The notes under the pieces were generated by a model that saw nothing but the letters and a program-made list of their open reading frames with translations, did no database searches and had not been told where the DNA came from. Shown one piece after another: positions 44,230-54,735 of a DNA stretch of 64,000 bases (the first letter of the stretch is position 1; each line of letters opens with the position of its first letter). Position numbers and translations under genes: made by a program. Source of the stretch: an uncultured Acidobacteriota bacterium (GTDB taxonomy: Bacteria; Acidobacteriota; Vicinamibacteria; Vicinamibacterales; UBA8438); the NCBI GenBank assembly GCA_913043225.1, contig CAJWLU010000004.1, positions 128,001-192,000 on the forward strand, written 5' to 3'.

Positions 44230-45075
44230 TTAGGGAACCAGGAAGCTACCGACGTTCTGGCGAGTGATGCGGGCCGTCACCACCTCTCCAGGCGCGCCCA
44301 GTGACCGGCCGGGCCGCTGATTGATCGCGAACTCGAAGGCACCCGCGTTCCCTATGTTTATCACGATCTCGTCGCCCGCCTGATACGACTCGCGTTCACC
44401 CCCTTGCATGACTCGGGAGAAGATCAGGATCCCGTCGATCGTCAGCGAGACCCAACAGTCGTCTGTTGGCTGTAACACCAGCGACAAGAACTCGGCGGCC
44501 ACATCCTGATCGTCGCTCTCGTTGGCGCCGGTCACAGGCAAAGCGACCACCGTGGACTCCGACGCGGCAGGCGACTCGTTCACCGCGGCCGGTTGGGTTT
44601 CTACTACCTGTTCCGCTGCCTCGTCGACTGCCGTGGAGTCGCGAGACCCGAAATACAGGAGACCGCCGGCAAGCGGAATCCCCACGACCAGCAGCGTCAT
44701 CACCGTGCCGGCCATCCGCCGCTGACTCTTGACGTCGTCGTACCCATCAGCCAGAGAATCAGCGCTAGAAGCCTCCTTCACCGTCTCTGGCAGCACCTGC
44801 GCGATGTAGTCGCGCAGGGTCTCCTCGGGGTCGAGCCCGACCTCATTGGCATAGGCCCGCACAAACGCTCGCGTGAAGATCCCTCCAGGGAGCCGCGCAA
44901 CGTCATTCCCCTCGACGGCTTCTAGAGCGCTCACTGAGATCTTGGTCATCGTGGCGATCTCACGCAGAGTAAACTGCTTGGCCTCGCGGGCCGCACGCAG
45001 ACGGGCACCCACGTCACTTTGGCCAGTCGCCGGCCTTTCAGCTCCGTCGGAGTCCTGTAGCTTGATCCGGTCCAT
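44230..45075 (-). CDS. rodZ: RodZ-like protein (HTH, TM, DUF4115)
   Basis: VGARLRAAREA, LPGGIFTRAFVRAYA, single TM, DCWVSLTIDG, IGNAGA. Confidence 0.8.
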   Translation of the reverse strand: MDRIKLQDSDGAERPATGQSDVGARLRAAREAKQFTLREIATMTKISVSALEAVEGNDVARLPGGIFTRAFVRAYANEVGLDPEETLRDYIAQVLPETVKEASSADSLADGYDDVKSQRRMAGTVMTLLVVGIPLAGGLLYFGSRDSTAVDEAAEQVVETQPAAVNESPAASESTVVALPVTGANESDDQDVAAEFLSLVLQPTDDCWVSLTIDGILIFSRVMQGGERESYQAGDEIVINIGNAGAFEFAINQRPGRSLGAPGEVVTARITRQNVGSFLVP

Positions 45076-45733
45076 GACTCTGTATGTAGCGTTGACGAAT
45101 CTCACCTACGAGACTTCGGAGCCGGGCCGGCTCGCGAACCTCGCCGAACAAGCCGATGGCGGCAACCCCGGCCGCACCTTCACGAAACACCTCCCTTGAG
45201 TTATCGACCGTTATGCCGCCGATCGCCAGTATCGGGAGAGAGAGCGTCCGACTCCCTTCCCGGATTGGACCTGGTCCGCACGTTGGTGTGCCCGGCTTCG
45301 ACACGGTCGGAAAGACCGTGCCCCAGACCAGATAGTTCAATCCCCCACCCTCAACCGCCGCCCGGGCCTCGGCCAGCGAGTGCACCGACCGACCCAGTGG
45401 CAGCGCCGCCGGCAGCCAGCGCCGCGCGTCGGCGCCCTTCACCGAATGCGACCGCAGATGCACCCCGACGCCGCCCACCGCCAGGGCAAGATCAAGGCGA
45501 TCGTTCACCAGCAGCTGGGTGGACCCACCCGCCAGCCGGCTCACTGCCTGTCGCACCACCGAGTACAGCTGTCGGTCAGTCAACGACGGCTCACGGATCT
45601 GCACCAGATCGACACCAGCGTCTGCGGCCGCCTCGACTTGCGCCACCACCGCTTCGGGACCACCAGCGCCGGTCGCCCGACGCCCGGTCACCGCCATAAC
45701 AAGCGGGCGCCGATCAGGTAACGCTCGACTCAC
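45038..45733 (-). CDS. Thiamine-phosphate synthase-like (ThiE/TenI) protein
   Basis: VDLVQIRE, LLVNDRLDLA, GVHL, GRSVHS, GTVFPTVSKPG, LAIGGIT; GTG start overlaps upstream TGA. Confidence 0.82.
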   Translation of the reverse strand: MSRALPDRRPLVMAVTGRRATGAGGPEAVVAQVEAAADAGVDLVQIREPSLTDRQLYSVVRQAVSRLAGGSTQLLVNDRLDLALAVGGVGVHLRSHSVKGADARRWLPAALPLGRSVHSLAEARAAVEGGGLNYLVWGTVFPTVSKPGTPTCGPGPIREGSRTLSLPILAIGGITVDNSREVFREGAAGVAAIGLFGEVREPARLRSLVGEIRQRYIQSHGPDQATGLRRS

Positions 45734-46032
45734 AGCGACTCGCCCTCTCTTGACGACAGCGCAGAACGCACACCGGCACGATTCGCGCACGCGGAGGCGC
45801 TGCGGCGGCTCATCCAACTTCGAAAGACGCCACCTAACTCCACCATCCCCGCTGCCACGTTCACTACACCCAATCCGCTCACCCCGCCCCGCACCGAAGG
45901 CCAGAGGATTATCTCCCCCACGCGGGGGAACAACTCGACCATGAGGTTACGCTCCCAGAACACCGACCAGGGCGCCACGAGCAACACCAGACCGGTTTCG
46001 AGCAGGTAAACAATGAGTAGCGTCCGACCCAA
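45730..46032 (-). CDS. Small hypothetical membrane protein
   Basis: LLIVYLLETGLVLLVAPWSVFWERN...VRGGVSGLGVVN; two hydrophobic segments, coupled to downstream gene. Confidence 0.7.
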   Translation of the reverse strand: MGRTLLIVYLLETGLVLLVAPWSVFWERNLMVELFPRVGEIILWPSVRGGVSGLGVVNVAAGMVELGGVFRSWMSRRSASACANRAGVRSALSSREGESL

Positions 46033-46362
46033 ACGGCGAATCTCAGCCTCCCTCTAACTTCGCCGAGAGCCTGATGTCCATGTCGCGCAAACTCCATACG
46101 ACGCGGCCACGCCCTGCAGCGCAGGAACCACCGTCAGGACCCAGGCGTGAAAACCAGAAGTTCCCAACAACCGGGCCAAGGCACAAACCACTCGACGAGG
46201 CGCAGGAATCTGAAACCGACGGCCTGCCGCCTGTGGTCGGAAAATCCGACCTCAAGCGCGGCTTCGGGGACGAGATCAGGTCGCCTCGGGCTTCTGTCAG
46301 CCAACACCGTCACGCCCTCGCGGACCATGGCTCTGCCGAGCCTAGAATTTCTTCGATCGATA

Positions 46363-47010
46363 TCAGTCGATCGTATCAAACAGGGAACGCGGCCTGAATG
46401 ACCGGCGATGGACGGGCGAGTATCCGTGTCGAGCCATTGCGGCAAGATGCTCAGGCGTGGGGTAGCCTTTGTGACGGTCAAACCCATATCGAGGATCCTG
46501 CTGGTGGAGCTCCTGCATCCGGCGATCCCGCACGACCTTCGCCACAACCGAGGCCGCTGCGATTGCCGCACACCGCCGATCTCCACCGACCACACCGCGT
46601 TGAGGAATAAAGAGGCTCGGTATCCGGAACGCGTCAACGAGAGCAAAGTCGGGCAGAGGATGGAGTGCGACCACGGCATCACGCATCGCCGCCAGCGAAG
46701 CGTGGTGAATATTGAGTCGGTCGATGTCTGCCGGTTCCCTCATTCCCACTGACCAGCCAAGACAACGTTCGAGAATTTCGTCGTGCAGCCGGTCCCGCAT
46801 GGCTGGGGTGAGCAGCTTGGAGTCGCGGAGCCCCCTCACTCGATCGTCGAGAGGCAAGACGACCGCCGCAGCCACGACAGGCCCAGCAAGGCAGCCACGC
46901 CCGACCTCGTCGACGCCGGCGATGCGCACGAACCCGGCACGGCGCAACTCGTTCTCTATAGCTCGTCTGGCGAACGACCGACGTCGGCCCGACGCCCGTC
47001 GTCCCTTCAT
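46363..47010 (-). CDS. rnhB: Ribonuclease HII
   Basis: AGVDEVGRGCLAGPV, LRDSK, IAAASVVAKVVRD, HKGYPT, HRRSF. Confidence 0.96.
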   Translation of the reverse strand: MKGRRASGRRRSFARRAIENELRRAGFVRIAGVDEVGRGCLAGPVVAAAVVLPLDDRVRGLRDSKLLTPAMRDRLHDEILERCLGWSVGMREPADIDRLNIHHASLAAMRDAVVALHPLPDFALVDAFRIPSLFIPQRGVVGGDRRCAAIAAASVVAKVVRDRRMQELHQQDPRYGFDRHKGYPTPEHLAAMARHGYSPVHRRSFRPRSLFDTID

Positions 47011-47037
47011 TCGATGCGCCGCGGGTAACGCGTCCGA

Positions 47038-47391
47038 CTACTGGGCCATGGGACGGCGCTTCTCGCGCAGGCGTGCAGCCCGTCCACGGAGCTTCCGCAG
47101 GAAGTAGAGCTTGGCGCGTCTGACCCGGGCAGCGCGTCCGATCTCGATCTTCGCGATCGACGGCGAGTGCAGCGGGAAGATCCGCTCCACACCCTGGCCG
47201 AACGAGACCTTCCGCACGGTGAACGTCCCACGGGGACCGCCGCGCTTTATCGCGATGATGACCCCCTCAAACACCTGAATTCGTTCTTTCTCGCCCTCGC
47301 GAATCTTGACGTGCACGCGGACGGTCAGGCCAGGCCGCAAGTCCGGCCGCTCGAGCATCTGAGCCTGTTCTATCGTTTCAATCGCATTCAT
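47038..47391 (-). CDS. rplS: 50S ribosomal protein L19
   Basis: [40 protein letters not shown]. Confidence 0.98.
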   Translation of the reverse strand: MNAIETIEQAQMLERPDLRPGLTVRVHVKIREGEKERIQVFEGVIIAIKRGGPRGTFTVRKVSFGQGVERIFPLHSPSIAKIEIGRAARVRRAKLYFLRKLRGRAARLREKRRPMAQ

Positions 47392-48151
47392 CTGCCTGCT
47401 CCCGATCGGACGACCTTGATGCATCGTCCCTCAACTCGCTCGACCACCGGCGCGCTTGCGCGTCCAGCGACGCTTGCCCCAACAGATCTGGCCGCCGGGC
47501 CTGGGTCCGCCGAAGCGCCTCTCGACGACGCCACCGTTTAATCTCAACGTGGTGGCCTGACCGCAACACCTCGGGGACCTCGTACCCGTCGAACACCGCG
47601 GGACGGGTGTAGTGCGGGTGGTCCAGCAGTCCGTCCACGAACGACTCCTGCTCCACCGACTTCGCGTCCCCGACTACACCAGGCACCAGTCTAGCAACCG
47701 TATCAACCACCACCGCCGCGGCCAGTTCCCCCCCACTCAGCACGTAGTCACCGATGGAAATCTCCTCGGTCGCCAATGCCAAGCGGATCCGCTCGTCAAC
47801 CCCTTCGTAGCGGCCGCACAGTAGCACCACGTGCCTGCAGCTGCTGAGCGTGCTCGCCTGCTCATGCCGGAACACGCGTCCCTTCGGGGACATCAGCGCG
47901 ACAACATCCGGTTTACCATGCTCCCGCCGGATCGCTGCCACCGCCCGGAAAAACGGCTCCGGCTTCAAGACCATCCCCGGGCCGCCACCGTAGGGCACAT
48001 CGTCCACGGTCCGATGCCTGTCATCGGTGAAGTCCCGTAAGTCGTGGACGCCCACCCTTATCAGCCCGGACGCGACCGCCCGACCGACCACCCCGTCGGT
48101 CAGTAGCGCCTGGATCATCTTCGGGAAGATCGTGACGACATCGAACCTCAG
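47378..48151 (-). CDS. trmD: tRNA (guanine37-N1)-methyltransferase
   Basis: [53 protein letters not shown]; probable CTG start at 48151. Confidence 0.96.
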   Translation of the reverse strand: MRFDVVTIFPKMIQALLTDGVVGRAVASGLIRVGVHDLRDFTDDRHRTVDDVPYGGGPGMVLKPEPFFRAVAAIRREHGKPDVVALMSPKGRVFRHEQASTLSSCRHVVLLCGRYEGVDERIRLALATEEISIGDYVLSGGELAAAVVVDTVARLVPGVVGDAKSVEQESFVDGLLDHPHYTRPAVFDGYEVPEVLRSGHHVEIKRWRRREALRRTQARRPDLLGQASLDAQARRWSSELRDDASRSSDREQADECD

Positions 48152-48178
48152 CTTGTCCTCCCACGCGCACTCCGCGCC

Positions 48179-48724
48179 CTAGGCGCCAGTCCGATTCAGT
48201 TCCACGAGACCGTCTGGCGGATCAACCTCGATCCGCCGTGCCGCCACATCGACCAGGACACAGATCGCGTCGACCAACGGTATCTGCACCTCATCGCCAT
48301 CGTTCCGGAGAATCAAACGGTCCGCGCCCTCGCCCTCTTCGATGTCCGTCACCACACCGAGATGGTCACCCTCGACGGTCCCGACGCGGCACCCGATCAG
48401 TTCGTGACGGTAGTACTGCCCTGACGGTAACGCGGCAACGTCGATCTGCGGCACCCGGAGCTCTGCCGAGGCCAACACTTCGGCCATCGAGATAGACGTC
48501 ACTCCGCCTAGACCGATGATGGGCCGACCACGGTGAAACCGCACGTCCTCGATACAGTAGGCCGTCACCTCGCTTCCCTGTCTGATGAAGACCGTCTTCC
48601 CCGGCGCGAATCGCTCCTCAACAAAGTCGGAGTCTGGATCGACAATCACGCGCCCTCTGTTCCCGTGCGGACGCGCGATCCGGCCGACCGACACCATCTC
48701 GTCCCACTTGTCCGTGTCGGCCAT
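48179..48724 (-). CDS. rimM: Ribosome maturation factor RimM
   Basis: VGRIARPHGNRG, YYRHELIG, QIPLV, IEVDPPDGL; position between khpA and trmD. Confidence 0.93.
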   Translation of the reverse strand: MADTDKWDEMVSVGRIARPHGNRGRVIVDPDSDFVEERFAPGKTVFIRQGSEVTAYCIEDVRFHRGRPIIGLGGVTSISMAEVLASAELRVPQIDVAALPSGQYYRHELIGCRVGTVEGDHLGVVTDIEEGEGADRLILRNDGDEVQIPLVDAICVLVDVAARRIEVDPPDGLVELNRTGA

Positions 48725-48757
48725 GCTATCGCAGACGCCGCCCAAGCCGCGCGGGGG

Positions 48758-48997
48758 TCAATCGACGAAGTCGACGGTAACCTGGCGCCCCTCGACGTCA
48801 GAAGCCAACTCGGCCAGCGCCCGGATCGACGATGCCGTCCGCCCCTGGCGCCCGATCATCCGTCCAAGATCTTGCCCGGTCGTGCTGAGCTCAACACGGG
48901 GGCCCTCGCGCCCTTCACCCTCCGTCACCGATACGCCGTCTGGCTGATCGGCCAGCGCCCGACCGATGACCTCTACCACGTCGCGGGCCCGACTCAT
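48758..48997 (-). CDS. khpA: KH-domain RNA-binding protein
   Basis: ALADQPD, DLGRMIGRQGRTASSIR; follows rpsP. Confidence 0.9.
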   Translation of the reverse strand: MSRARDVVEVIGRALADQPDGVSVTEGEGREGPRVELSTTGQDLGRMIGRQGRTASSIRALAELASDVEGRQVTVDFVD

Positions 48998-49305
48998 GTC
49001 GTCACCTGAGCCTCTTCCTTACCCTCGCCGGACTCGGCCGCCGGCGCCGCGTCCGTCTCGGACGCCTCGGGCCTCGGATGCCGCGACACCAAGGTCCGAA
49101 CCGTGTCAGACATCCGTGCCCCGTTGCCCGTCCAGTAGCTCAGACGGTCGTAGTCTACGTCCAGAACTTCCGGATCAGTCCGCGGATCGTAGTGCCCTAG
49201 TAACTCCTTGAAACGTCCGTCCCGCGGCGCGCTCGACTCCATCACTGCGACTCGATAGAACGGCCGCTTCGTCGTTCCGACCCGACTCAATCGAATGGTC
49301 AACAT
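48994..49305 (-). CDS. rpsP: 30S ribosomal protein S16
   Basis: IRLSRVG, PFYRVAV, PRDGRF, LGHYDP, GARMSDTV. Confidence 0.97.
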   Translation of the reverse strand: MLTIRLSRVGTTKRPFYRVAVMESSAPRDGRFKELLGHYDPRTDPEVLDVDYDRLSYWTGNGARMSDTVRTLVSRHPRPEASETDAAPAAESGEGKEEAQVTT

Positions 49306-49344
49306 TGCGTGCTTCTCTCCTCGCTTGCCAATCCTCTCTGGCGC

Positions 49345-50712
49345 TCATCCCATCGGGAACCGCATACCCGTGGGCAGACGGCGTCGGCCGCCCTTCTTTC
49401 GTCGCGACCGGGATACCCCCCCAACCGCACGGAGCATCTTCCGCATGTCCATGAACTGCTTAAGCAGACGGTTGACCTCCTGTACCGTCGTACCACTGCC
49501 CCGCGCGATCCGTCTCCGACGGCTGCCATCAATGATCTGATGGTGGGTGCGCTCACGGCGAGTCATCGAGTCGATGATGGCCATCGTCTGCTTGAGCGCC
49601 CTCGGATTCACCTCCGCGCCATCCGGCAGTTGCGACGCCGTCTGGTTCATGCCCGGTATCAGTTCCGTGAGCTTCTCGAGCGGCCCCATCTTCGAGACCG
49701 AGGCCAACTGGTCTCGCATGTCCTGAAGGGTCAACTGATTCCGCCGGATCCTTTTCTCGAGCCGGGCCGCATCCTCCTGGCTGACAGCCTGTTCCGCCTT
49801 CTCGACCAGCGACAGCACGTCGCCCATCCCGAGCATCCTGGACACTAGGCGATCGGGATGAAACGGCTGCAGATCCTCAATCCGCTCTCCGTCGCCGATG
49901 AAGGTCACGGGGACCCCAACGACCGAGACGACCGACAGTGCGGCGCCGCCCCTGGCGTCGCCGTCCATCTTCGAGAGCACCACACCACTGATGTCGAGCC
50001 GGCGATTGAACTCGCCGGCGCTCTTGATGGCATCCTGCCCAGTCATCGCATCGGCCACATAGAGCAGATCCGATGGAGCAAGCGAACTCTTGATCGCCTC
50101 GAGTTCGGCCATCAGGTCGTCGTCAATGTGTAGTCGGCCGGCGGTGTCGACCAGAACAACATCGAAGCCCATTTCTCGCCCCGTCGTTACCGCCCCCTCA
50201 GCCCTTGCGACCACCGCCGTGTCAGCCGATGATTCGTGGACCCGGACGCCCGCATCCGAGGCCAACACACTCAGCTGTTCAATCGCGGCCGGTCGTCGAA
50301 CATCGGTCGAGACCACGATCGGATGACGTCCCTGCTGCTTCAGCCAGTGAGCGAGCTTCACCGTCGTGGTGGTCTTCCCTGCCCCCTGCAGACCGAGCAA
50401 CAGCACCACCTGAGGCCGTTGCGAACTGACCGACAGCCCGGTCGGCCCATCGCCCAGCAATGCCCGCAGTTCGTCGCGCACGATGGCGACTACCTGTTGG
50501 GTCGGAGTCAGGCTGTCGAGCACCTCCCGGTCAACGGCGCGATCGCGAACCCGGTCGACGAATGCCTTGACGACCTTAAAGTTGACGTCAGCCTCGAGCA
50601 GCGCCATGCGGATCTCACGCAGCGCCGTCTCGACCGCCTCGGGCGTGAGGCGCGACTCGCGTCCAATGGAGGCAAAGACCTCCTGGAGACGCTCGCTAAG
50701 TGAGGCAAACAT
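49345..50712 (-). CDS. ffh: Signal recognition particle protein
   Basis: ALLEADVN, GLQGAGKTT, DTAGR, DAMTGQDA, KMDGDARGG, IIDSMT M-domain. Confidence 0.98.
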   Translation of the reverse strand: MFASLSERLQEVFASIGRESRLTPEAVETALREIRMALLEADVNFKVVKAFVDRVRDRAVDREVLDSLTPTQQVVAIVRDELRALLGDGPTGLSVSSQRPQVVLLLGLQGAGKTTTTVKLAHWLKQQGRHPIVVSTDVRRPAAIEQLSVLASDAGVRVHESSADTAVVARAEGAVTTGREMGFDVVLVDTAGRLHIDDDLMAELEAIKSSLAPSDLLYVADAMTGQDAIKSAGEFNRRLDISGVVLSKMDGDARGGAALSVVSVVGVPVTFIGDGERIEDLQPFHPDRLVSRMLGMGDVLSLVEKAEQAVSQEDAARLEKRIRRNQLTLQDMRDQLASVSKMGPLEKLTELIPGMNQTASQLPDGAEVNPRALKQTMAIIDSMTRRERTHHQIIDGSRRRRIARGSGTTVQEVNRLLKQFMDMRKMLRAVGGVSRSRRKKGGRRRLPTGMRFPMG

Positions 50713-50773
50713 GGGTGCTGTCTCTCGATCGAACCGCGCTTTCCTACCTTAAGCGGTTCAAACGCAACCGTTT

Positions 50774-50803
50774 ATTTTAACGGGGAGCGAGACAAGCTGT
50801 CAA
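50774..50803 (-). promoter_or_regulatory. Sigma70 promoter of ffh operon
   Basis: Minus strand TTGACA (50803-50798), 18-nt spacer, TAAAAT (50779-50774). Confidence 0.75.
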
Positions 50804-50817
50804 ACAAGCGAAGGCGA

Positions 50818-52095
50818 TCACACGGACTTCAGCGTGTGACCAAGCTTCGTCTTTTTTGTCCGCAGATAAGTGCGTGCCAAACCCGTGGTGGGAACTTCGA
50901 GCGCGAGTGTCGCCGACACCGACAACCCGTAACCCTCGAGCCCGACAAACTTCCGGGGATTGTTGGTGAGCAGGCGCATGCTGCGCACACCCAGGTCGCT
51001 CAGAATCTGCGCCCCGATGCCATAGTCACGCTGATCCGGTTGGAAGCCGAGACGTTCGTTCGCCTCGACCGTGTCGAGACCCTGATCCTGGAGGTGATAG
51101 GCCCGAATCTTGTTCGTAAGACCGATGCCGCGCCCCTCCTGATTGAGATACAGGAGCACGCCCCGATCCTCCTCGGAGATCCGAGTCATCGCAGTGTGGA
51201 GCTGGGGTCCGCAATCGCAGCGTGCCGAGTGAAACACCTCTCCGGTGAGGCACCGCGAATGCACGCGCACCAGCACGTCCTCGCCATCGGCCACTTCGCC
51301 ACGAACCAGCGCCAAGTGCGTCTCTCCGTTGACGACACTCTCGAACGCCACGAGCTCGAAGTCGCCGTACTCGGTCGGAAGATTCGATGCCGCTGCCCGA
51401 CGCACCAACCGCTCGTGACTCATCCGGTACTTGATCAGATCGGCAATAGTGATCATGACCAGCTTATGCTTGCGCGCGAAACGACGTAATTCGGGCACTC
51501 TGGCCATCGTGCCGTCCTCGTTCATGATCTCGCAGATGACCCCGGCCGATTGCAGCCCCGCAATACGTGCCAGATCCACAGCCGCCTCGGTCTGCCCGGC
51601 ACGCACCAGCACGCCACCATCGCGCGCCCGCAGCGGGAACATGTGCCCGGGACGGGCCAACTCGGCCGCGGTCGTCGTTGGGTCGGCAGCCACCTGGGCG
51701 GTCACGGCCCGGTCCGCGGCGGAGATTCCGGTTGTCGTCCGTTCCTTGGCCTCGATCGAGACACAAAAGGCCGTATCGAACTTAGACGTGTTACGTTCGA
51801 CCTGCAGCGGGATGTCCAGTTCGTCCAGTCGGGCCGCCGTCATCGGGAGACAGATCAGCCCCCGGCCGTGCTTGGCCATGAAGTTGATGATCTCCGGCGT
51901 GATCTTTTCGGCAGCCACGGTGAGATCACCTTCGTTCTCGCGGTCCTCGTCGTCGACGACGATGACCATCTTGCCCTCGCGAATGGCGACGATCGCCTCC
52001 TCCACGGGCGCGAATCCGCTGGCCCGTGTCGACAGCGCTAATCCGAGCGCGCTCTTCCTTGCGCGGGTTCGTTTCCGTGCGATCTTCTCAGCCAT
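50818..52095 (-). CDS. ribBA: Bifunctional DHBP synthase / GTP cyclohydrolase II
   Basis: [54 protein letters not shown]. Confidence 0.97.
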   Translation of the reverse strand: MAEKIARKRTRARKSALGLALSTRASGFAPVEEAIVAIREGKMVIVVDDEDRENEGDLTVAAEKITPEIINFMAKHGRGLICLPMTAARLDELDIPLQVERNTSKFDTAFCVSIEAKERTTTGISAADRAVTAQVAADPTTTAAELARPGHMFPLRARDGGVLVRAGQTEAAVDLARIAGLQSAGVICEIMNEDGTMARVPELRRFARKHKLVMITIADLIKYRMSHERLVRRAAASNLPTEYGDFELVAFESVVNGETHLALVRGEVADGEDVLVRVHSRCLTGEVFHSARCDCGPQLHTAMTRISEEDRGVLLYLNQEGRGIGLTNKIRAYHLQDQGLDTVEANERLGFQPDQRDYGIGAQILSDLGVRSMRLLTNNPRKFVGLEGYGLSVSATLALEVPTTGLARTYLRTKKTKLGHTLKSV

Positions 52096-52723
52096 GCTGG
52101 TCTTCGGTTGATGCGGCGCTGTCGGGCAACCGGAAGTCCCCGAACTCGAGCGCTCGGAGGACGTACTTCCCGATGATATCGCACTCCAGATTCACGATAT
52201 CGCCGACACGGCTCCGGCTGAGGTTCGTGTGCCCCCAAGTGAAGGGGATGATCTGCACCTCAAATCGTGACCGTTCGAGCGAGGCAACGGTCAGACTGAT
52301 GCCGTCGACAGCGATCGATCCCCTCATTACAAACAATCTCGCCAGCTTCGCTGGGAACCCGACGACGACCCTGTGGAACTCGGCTTCGTGGGCGATGCCT
52401 TCGATGATCCCGGTCGCATCCACGTGGCCCTGGACGAAGTGACCGCCCACGCGGGTGTCGGCTCGCATGGACCGCTCAAGGTTGACGACCCCGCCCACCG
52501 CCAACTTCCCCAAGCTGGTCACCCGGACCGTCTCAGGCGAAACCTCCGCGTCAAACCGTCCCGCCGCCGTCTCGACCACAGTCAGACAGACGCCATTGAC
52601 GGCGATGCTCTCGCCGAGTTCCAGCTCTGAGGCCACGTCGGTGCCCACCGCCACACGCCATCCCTTTGGGATCTCATCGAGCCCCACGACCTCACCTACG
52701 CCCTCAATCAAGCCGTTGAACAT
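52088..52723 (-). CDS. ribE: Riboflavin synthase (alpha-chain type)
   Basis: [45 protein letters not shown]. Confidence 0.95.
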   Translation of the reverse strand: MFNGLIEGVGEVVGLDEIPKGWRVAVGTDVASELELGESIAVNGVCLTVVETAAGRFDAEVSPETVRVTSLGKLAVGGVVNLERSMRADTRVGGHFVQGHVDATGIIEGIAHEAEFHRVVVGFPAKLARLFVMRGSIAVDGISLTVASLERSRFEVQIIPFTWGHTNLSRSRVGDIVNLECDIIGKYVLRALEFGDFRLPDSAASTEDQHG

Positions 52724-53792
52724 CGCTCTCCATCAGCACATCGGTCCCGAGCCCCGTCCCGCGCCAGTCGAGTGAGCTCAGTGTCCCCCAGTGATCCGGC
52801 CACCATCCCACCCCATCCCCACCCAGCACCGTCGGCGCCACGTAGAGACGGAGCCGGTCCACCACCCCAGCAGTCCAGCACGCACGATACATCAGAGCCC
52901 CACCCTCGAGCAGCACTGAACAGACGTCGTGGTCGACCAACCGACGCACAGCTTCCCTCGGGTCCCGCTCCGACAGGAGCTCGAGCATCGCCCCGGCCCG
53001 CGCGAGCGCCGACGCGCGTTCGGGAGCCTGGTCACATGCGCTGCGGGTAGTCATAACGACGACCGGCCCCTCCTCGAGCGTCCGAAGCAAACGCGCGGTA
53101 GGTGGCATTCGGAGACGAGTATCAAAGACCACGCGAACCAAAGGCCGCCGTCGCTCTCGCTCGCCTCGCGCCGTCAGGACCGGATCGTCAACCAGCACCG
53201 TCTCCGACCCGACAGCGATGGCATCGATCTCGGTACGCACGCGATGCGCGTGCCACTGAGCCGCCTCTCCGGTCAGCAAGGTCCGCGTGCCTGGCGCGGC
53301 AGCAATGCGTCCATCCCGGCTAACCGCGGCCTTAAGGGTTACAAACGGACGGCCTCGCTCTTTGACGCTGAGGAATCCCTCGTTGAGGCGACGGGCTGGC
53401 TCACGGAGGACGCCCGTGACGACTGGAATCCCACTCATACGGAGGATCTCGCACCCCGCGCCGTCAACCCGCTGGTCGGGGTCTTCGGAGGCGACCACCA
53501 CTCGCGCCACGCCCTCGGCCACGATGCGGCGGGCGCACGGCGGCGTCCGTCCCGTGTGGGAGCAGGGCTCCAAAGTGCAATAGAGTGTGGCGCCCCGGGC
53601 GGCGACGCCGGCGGCATCGAGAGCCACCACCTCGGCGTGTCGTTCACCAGCCCGAGCGTGGTAACCCTCTCCCAGGATGACGTCGTCACGCACGAGGACG
53701 GCGCCAACCATCGGGTTGGGACTAGTCGCTCCCCGGCCGCGCGCGGCGAGCTCCAGCGCGTGGGCCATCCACTGCTCGTCGGTCATCACCAA
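52704..53792 (-). CDS. ribD: Riboflavin biosynthesis deaminase/reductase
   Basis: SPNPMVGAV, HAE, TLEPCSHTGRTPPC, DDPVLTAR, LEGG. Confidence 0.95.
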   Translation of the reverse strand: MVMTDEQWMAHALELAARGRGATSPNPMVGAVLVRDDVILGEGYHARAGERHAEVVALDAAGVAARGATLYCTLEPCSHTGRTPPCARRIVAEGVARVVVASEDPDQRVDGAGCEILRMSGIPVVTGVLREPARRLNEGFLSVKERGRPFVTLKAAVSRDGRIAAAPGTRTLLTGEAAQWHAHRVRTEIDAIAVGSETVLVDDPVLTARGERERRRPLVRVVFDTRLRMPPTARLLRTLEEGPVVVMTTRSACDQAPERASALARAGAMLELLSERDPREAVRRLVDHDVCSVLLEGGALMYRACWTAGVVDRLRLYVAPTVLGGDGVGWWPDHWGTLSSLDWRGTGLGTDVLMESDVQRLD

Positions 53793-54709
53793 ACCGGCTC
53801 GAACAGCGCGTCTACGTAGTCTTCAGCCGAGAACGGCAGCAGGTCGTCTATCTGTTCGCCGACACCGACGTATCTGATCGGCACTCCGAGCTCGGCGGTG
53901 ATGGCCACCGCGATACCACCCTTTGCCGTACCGTCGAGCTTGGTCAGCACAATGCCGGTAACGCCGGCGGTTTCGAGGAAGGCACGCGCCTGCGGGAGCC
54001 CGTTCTGCCCAACGGTGGCGTCGAGCACGAGCAGCGTTTCGTGCGGCGCTCCGGCAACTACCCGACCCGCTACACGCCGAATTTTGTCCAACTCAGCCAT
54101 CAGGTTGGCCCGGGTGTGCAGCCGGCCCGCTGTGTCTACCAGAACCACATCGCGGCCCTTTGCCTTACCTGAAGACACCGCATCGAACACCACCGCTGCC
54201 GGATCGGATCCAGTTGTGGCGCGAATGAAATCGGCATTCACTCGACCCGCCCAGACCTCGAGCTGTTCAACCGCGGCGGCACGGAAGGTGTCGGCCGCGC
54301 AGATAACCGGCTGTTTGCCTTCGGAGGTCAGTAAACGCGCCAATCGGCCAACAGTGGTCGTCTTGCCAGTACCGTTCACCCCGACCACCAGCACGACTCT
54401 CGGCGAGACGTCCGGGGAAGGAGACGCGGGGCGGGCCTCAAGGAGGGCAAGCAGCTCGTCTCGGACCAGCGCCCGGAGGTCCCCGTCGTCCGCTCGGCCT
54501 CGCACCGCCTCAATCAGACGATTGGTTGCCGCAACACCGACGTCGGCCTCGATCAGCAGTTCCTCAAGAGCATCGAGTGTCTCGGCGGGCATCGTGCCCG
54601 CGCTCGCGCCAACCGGGACAACGCCGCCGGAACTCAAGCCGTCAAATCGTCCGACCAGTTGGTCCGTCGTACGGCGCAAACCGACCCGCAGACGCTCCAG
54701 CAAACTCAC
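53786..54709 (-). CDS. ftsY: SRP receptor FtsY
   Basis: GVNGTGKTTT, DTFRAAA, DTAGRLH, TKLDGTAKGG, GVGE. Confidence 0.97.
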   Translation of the reverse strand: MSLLERLRVGLRRTTDQLVGRFDGLSSGGVVPVGASAGTMPAETLDALEELLIEADVGVAATNRLIEAVRGRADDGDLRALVRDELLALLEARPASPSPDVSPRVVLVVGVNGTGKTTTVGRLARLLTSEGKQPVICAADTFRAAAVEQLEVWAGRVNADFIRATTGSDPAAVVFDAVSSGKAKGRDVVLVDTAGRLHTRANLMAELDKIRRVAGRVVAGAPHETLLVLDATVGQNGLPQARAFLETAGVTGIVLTKLDGTAKGGIAVAITAELGVPIRYVGVGEQIDDLLPFSAEDYVDALFEPVW

Positions 54710-54735
54710 TCGTCCACTATCTCACAACCGTCCGG

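Noticed and set aside
52855..52864. CGGTCCACCA matches the last 10 nt of tRNA-Ala (possible att site)
   Set aside because: Only 10 bp, inside the intact ribD coding sequence, and the interval holds core genes with no integrase
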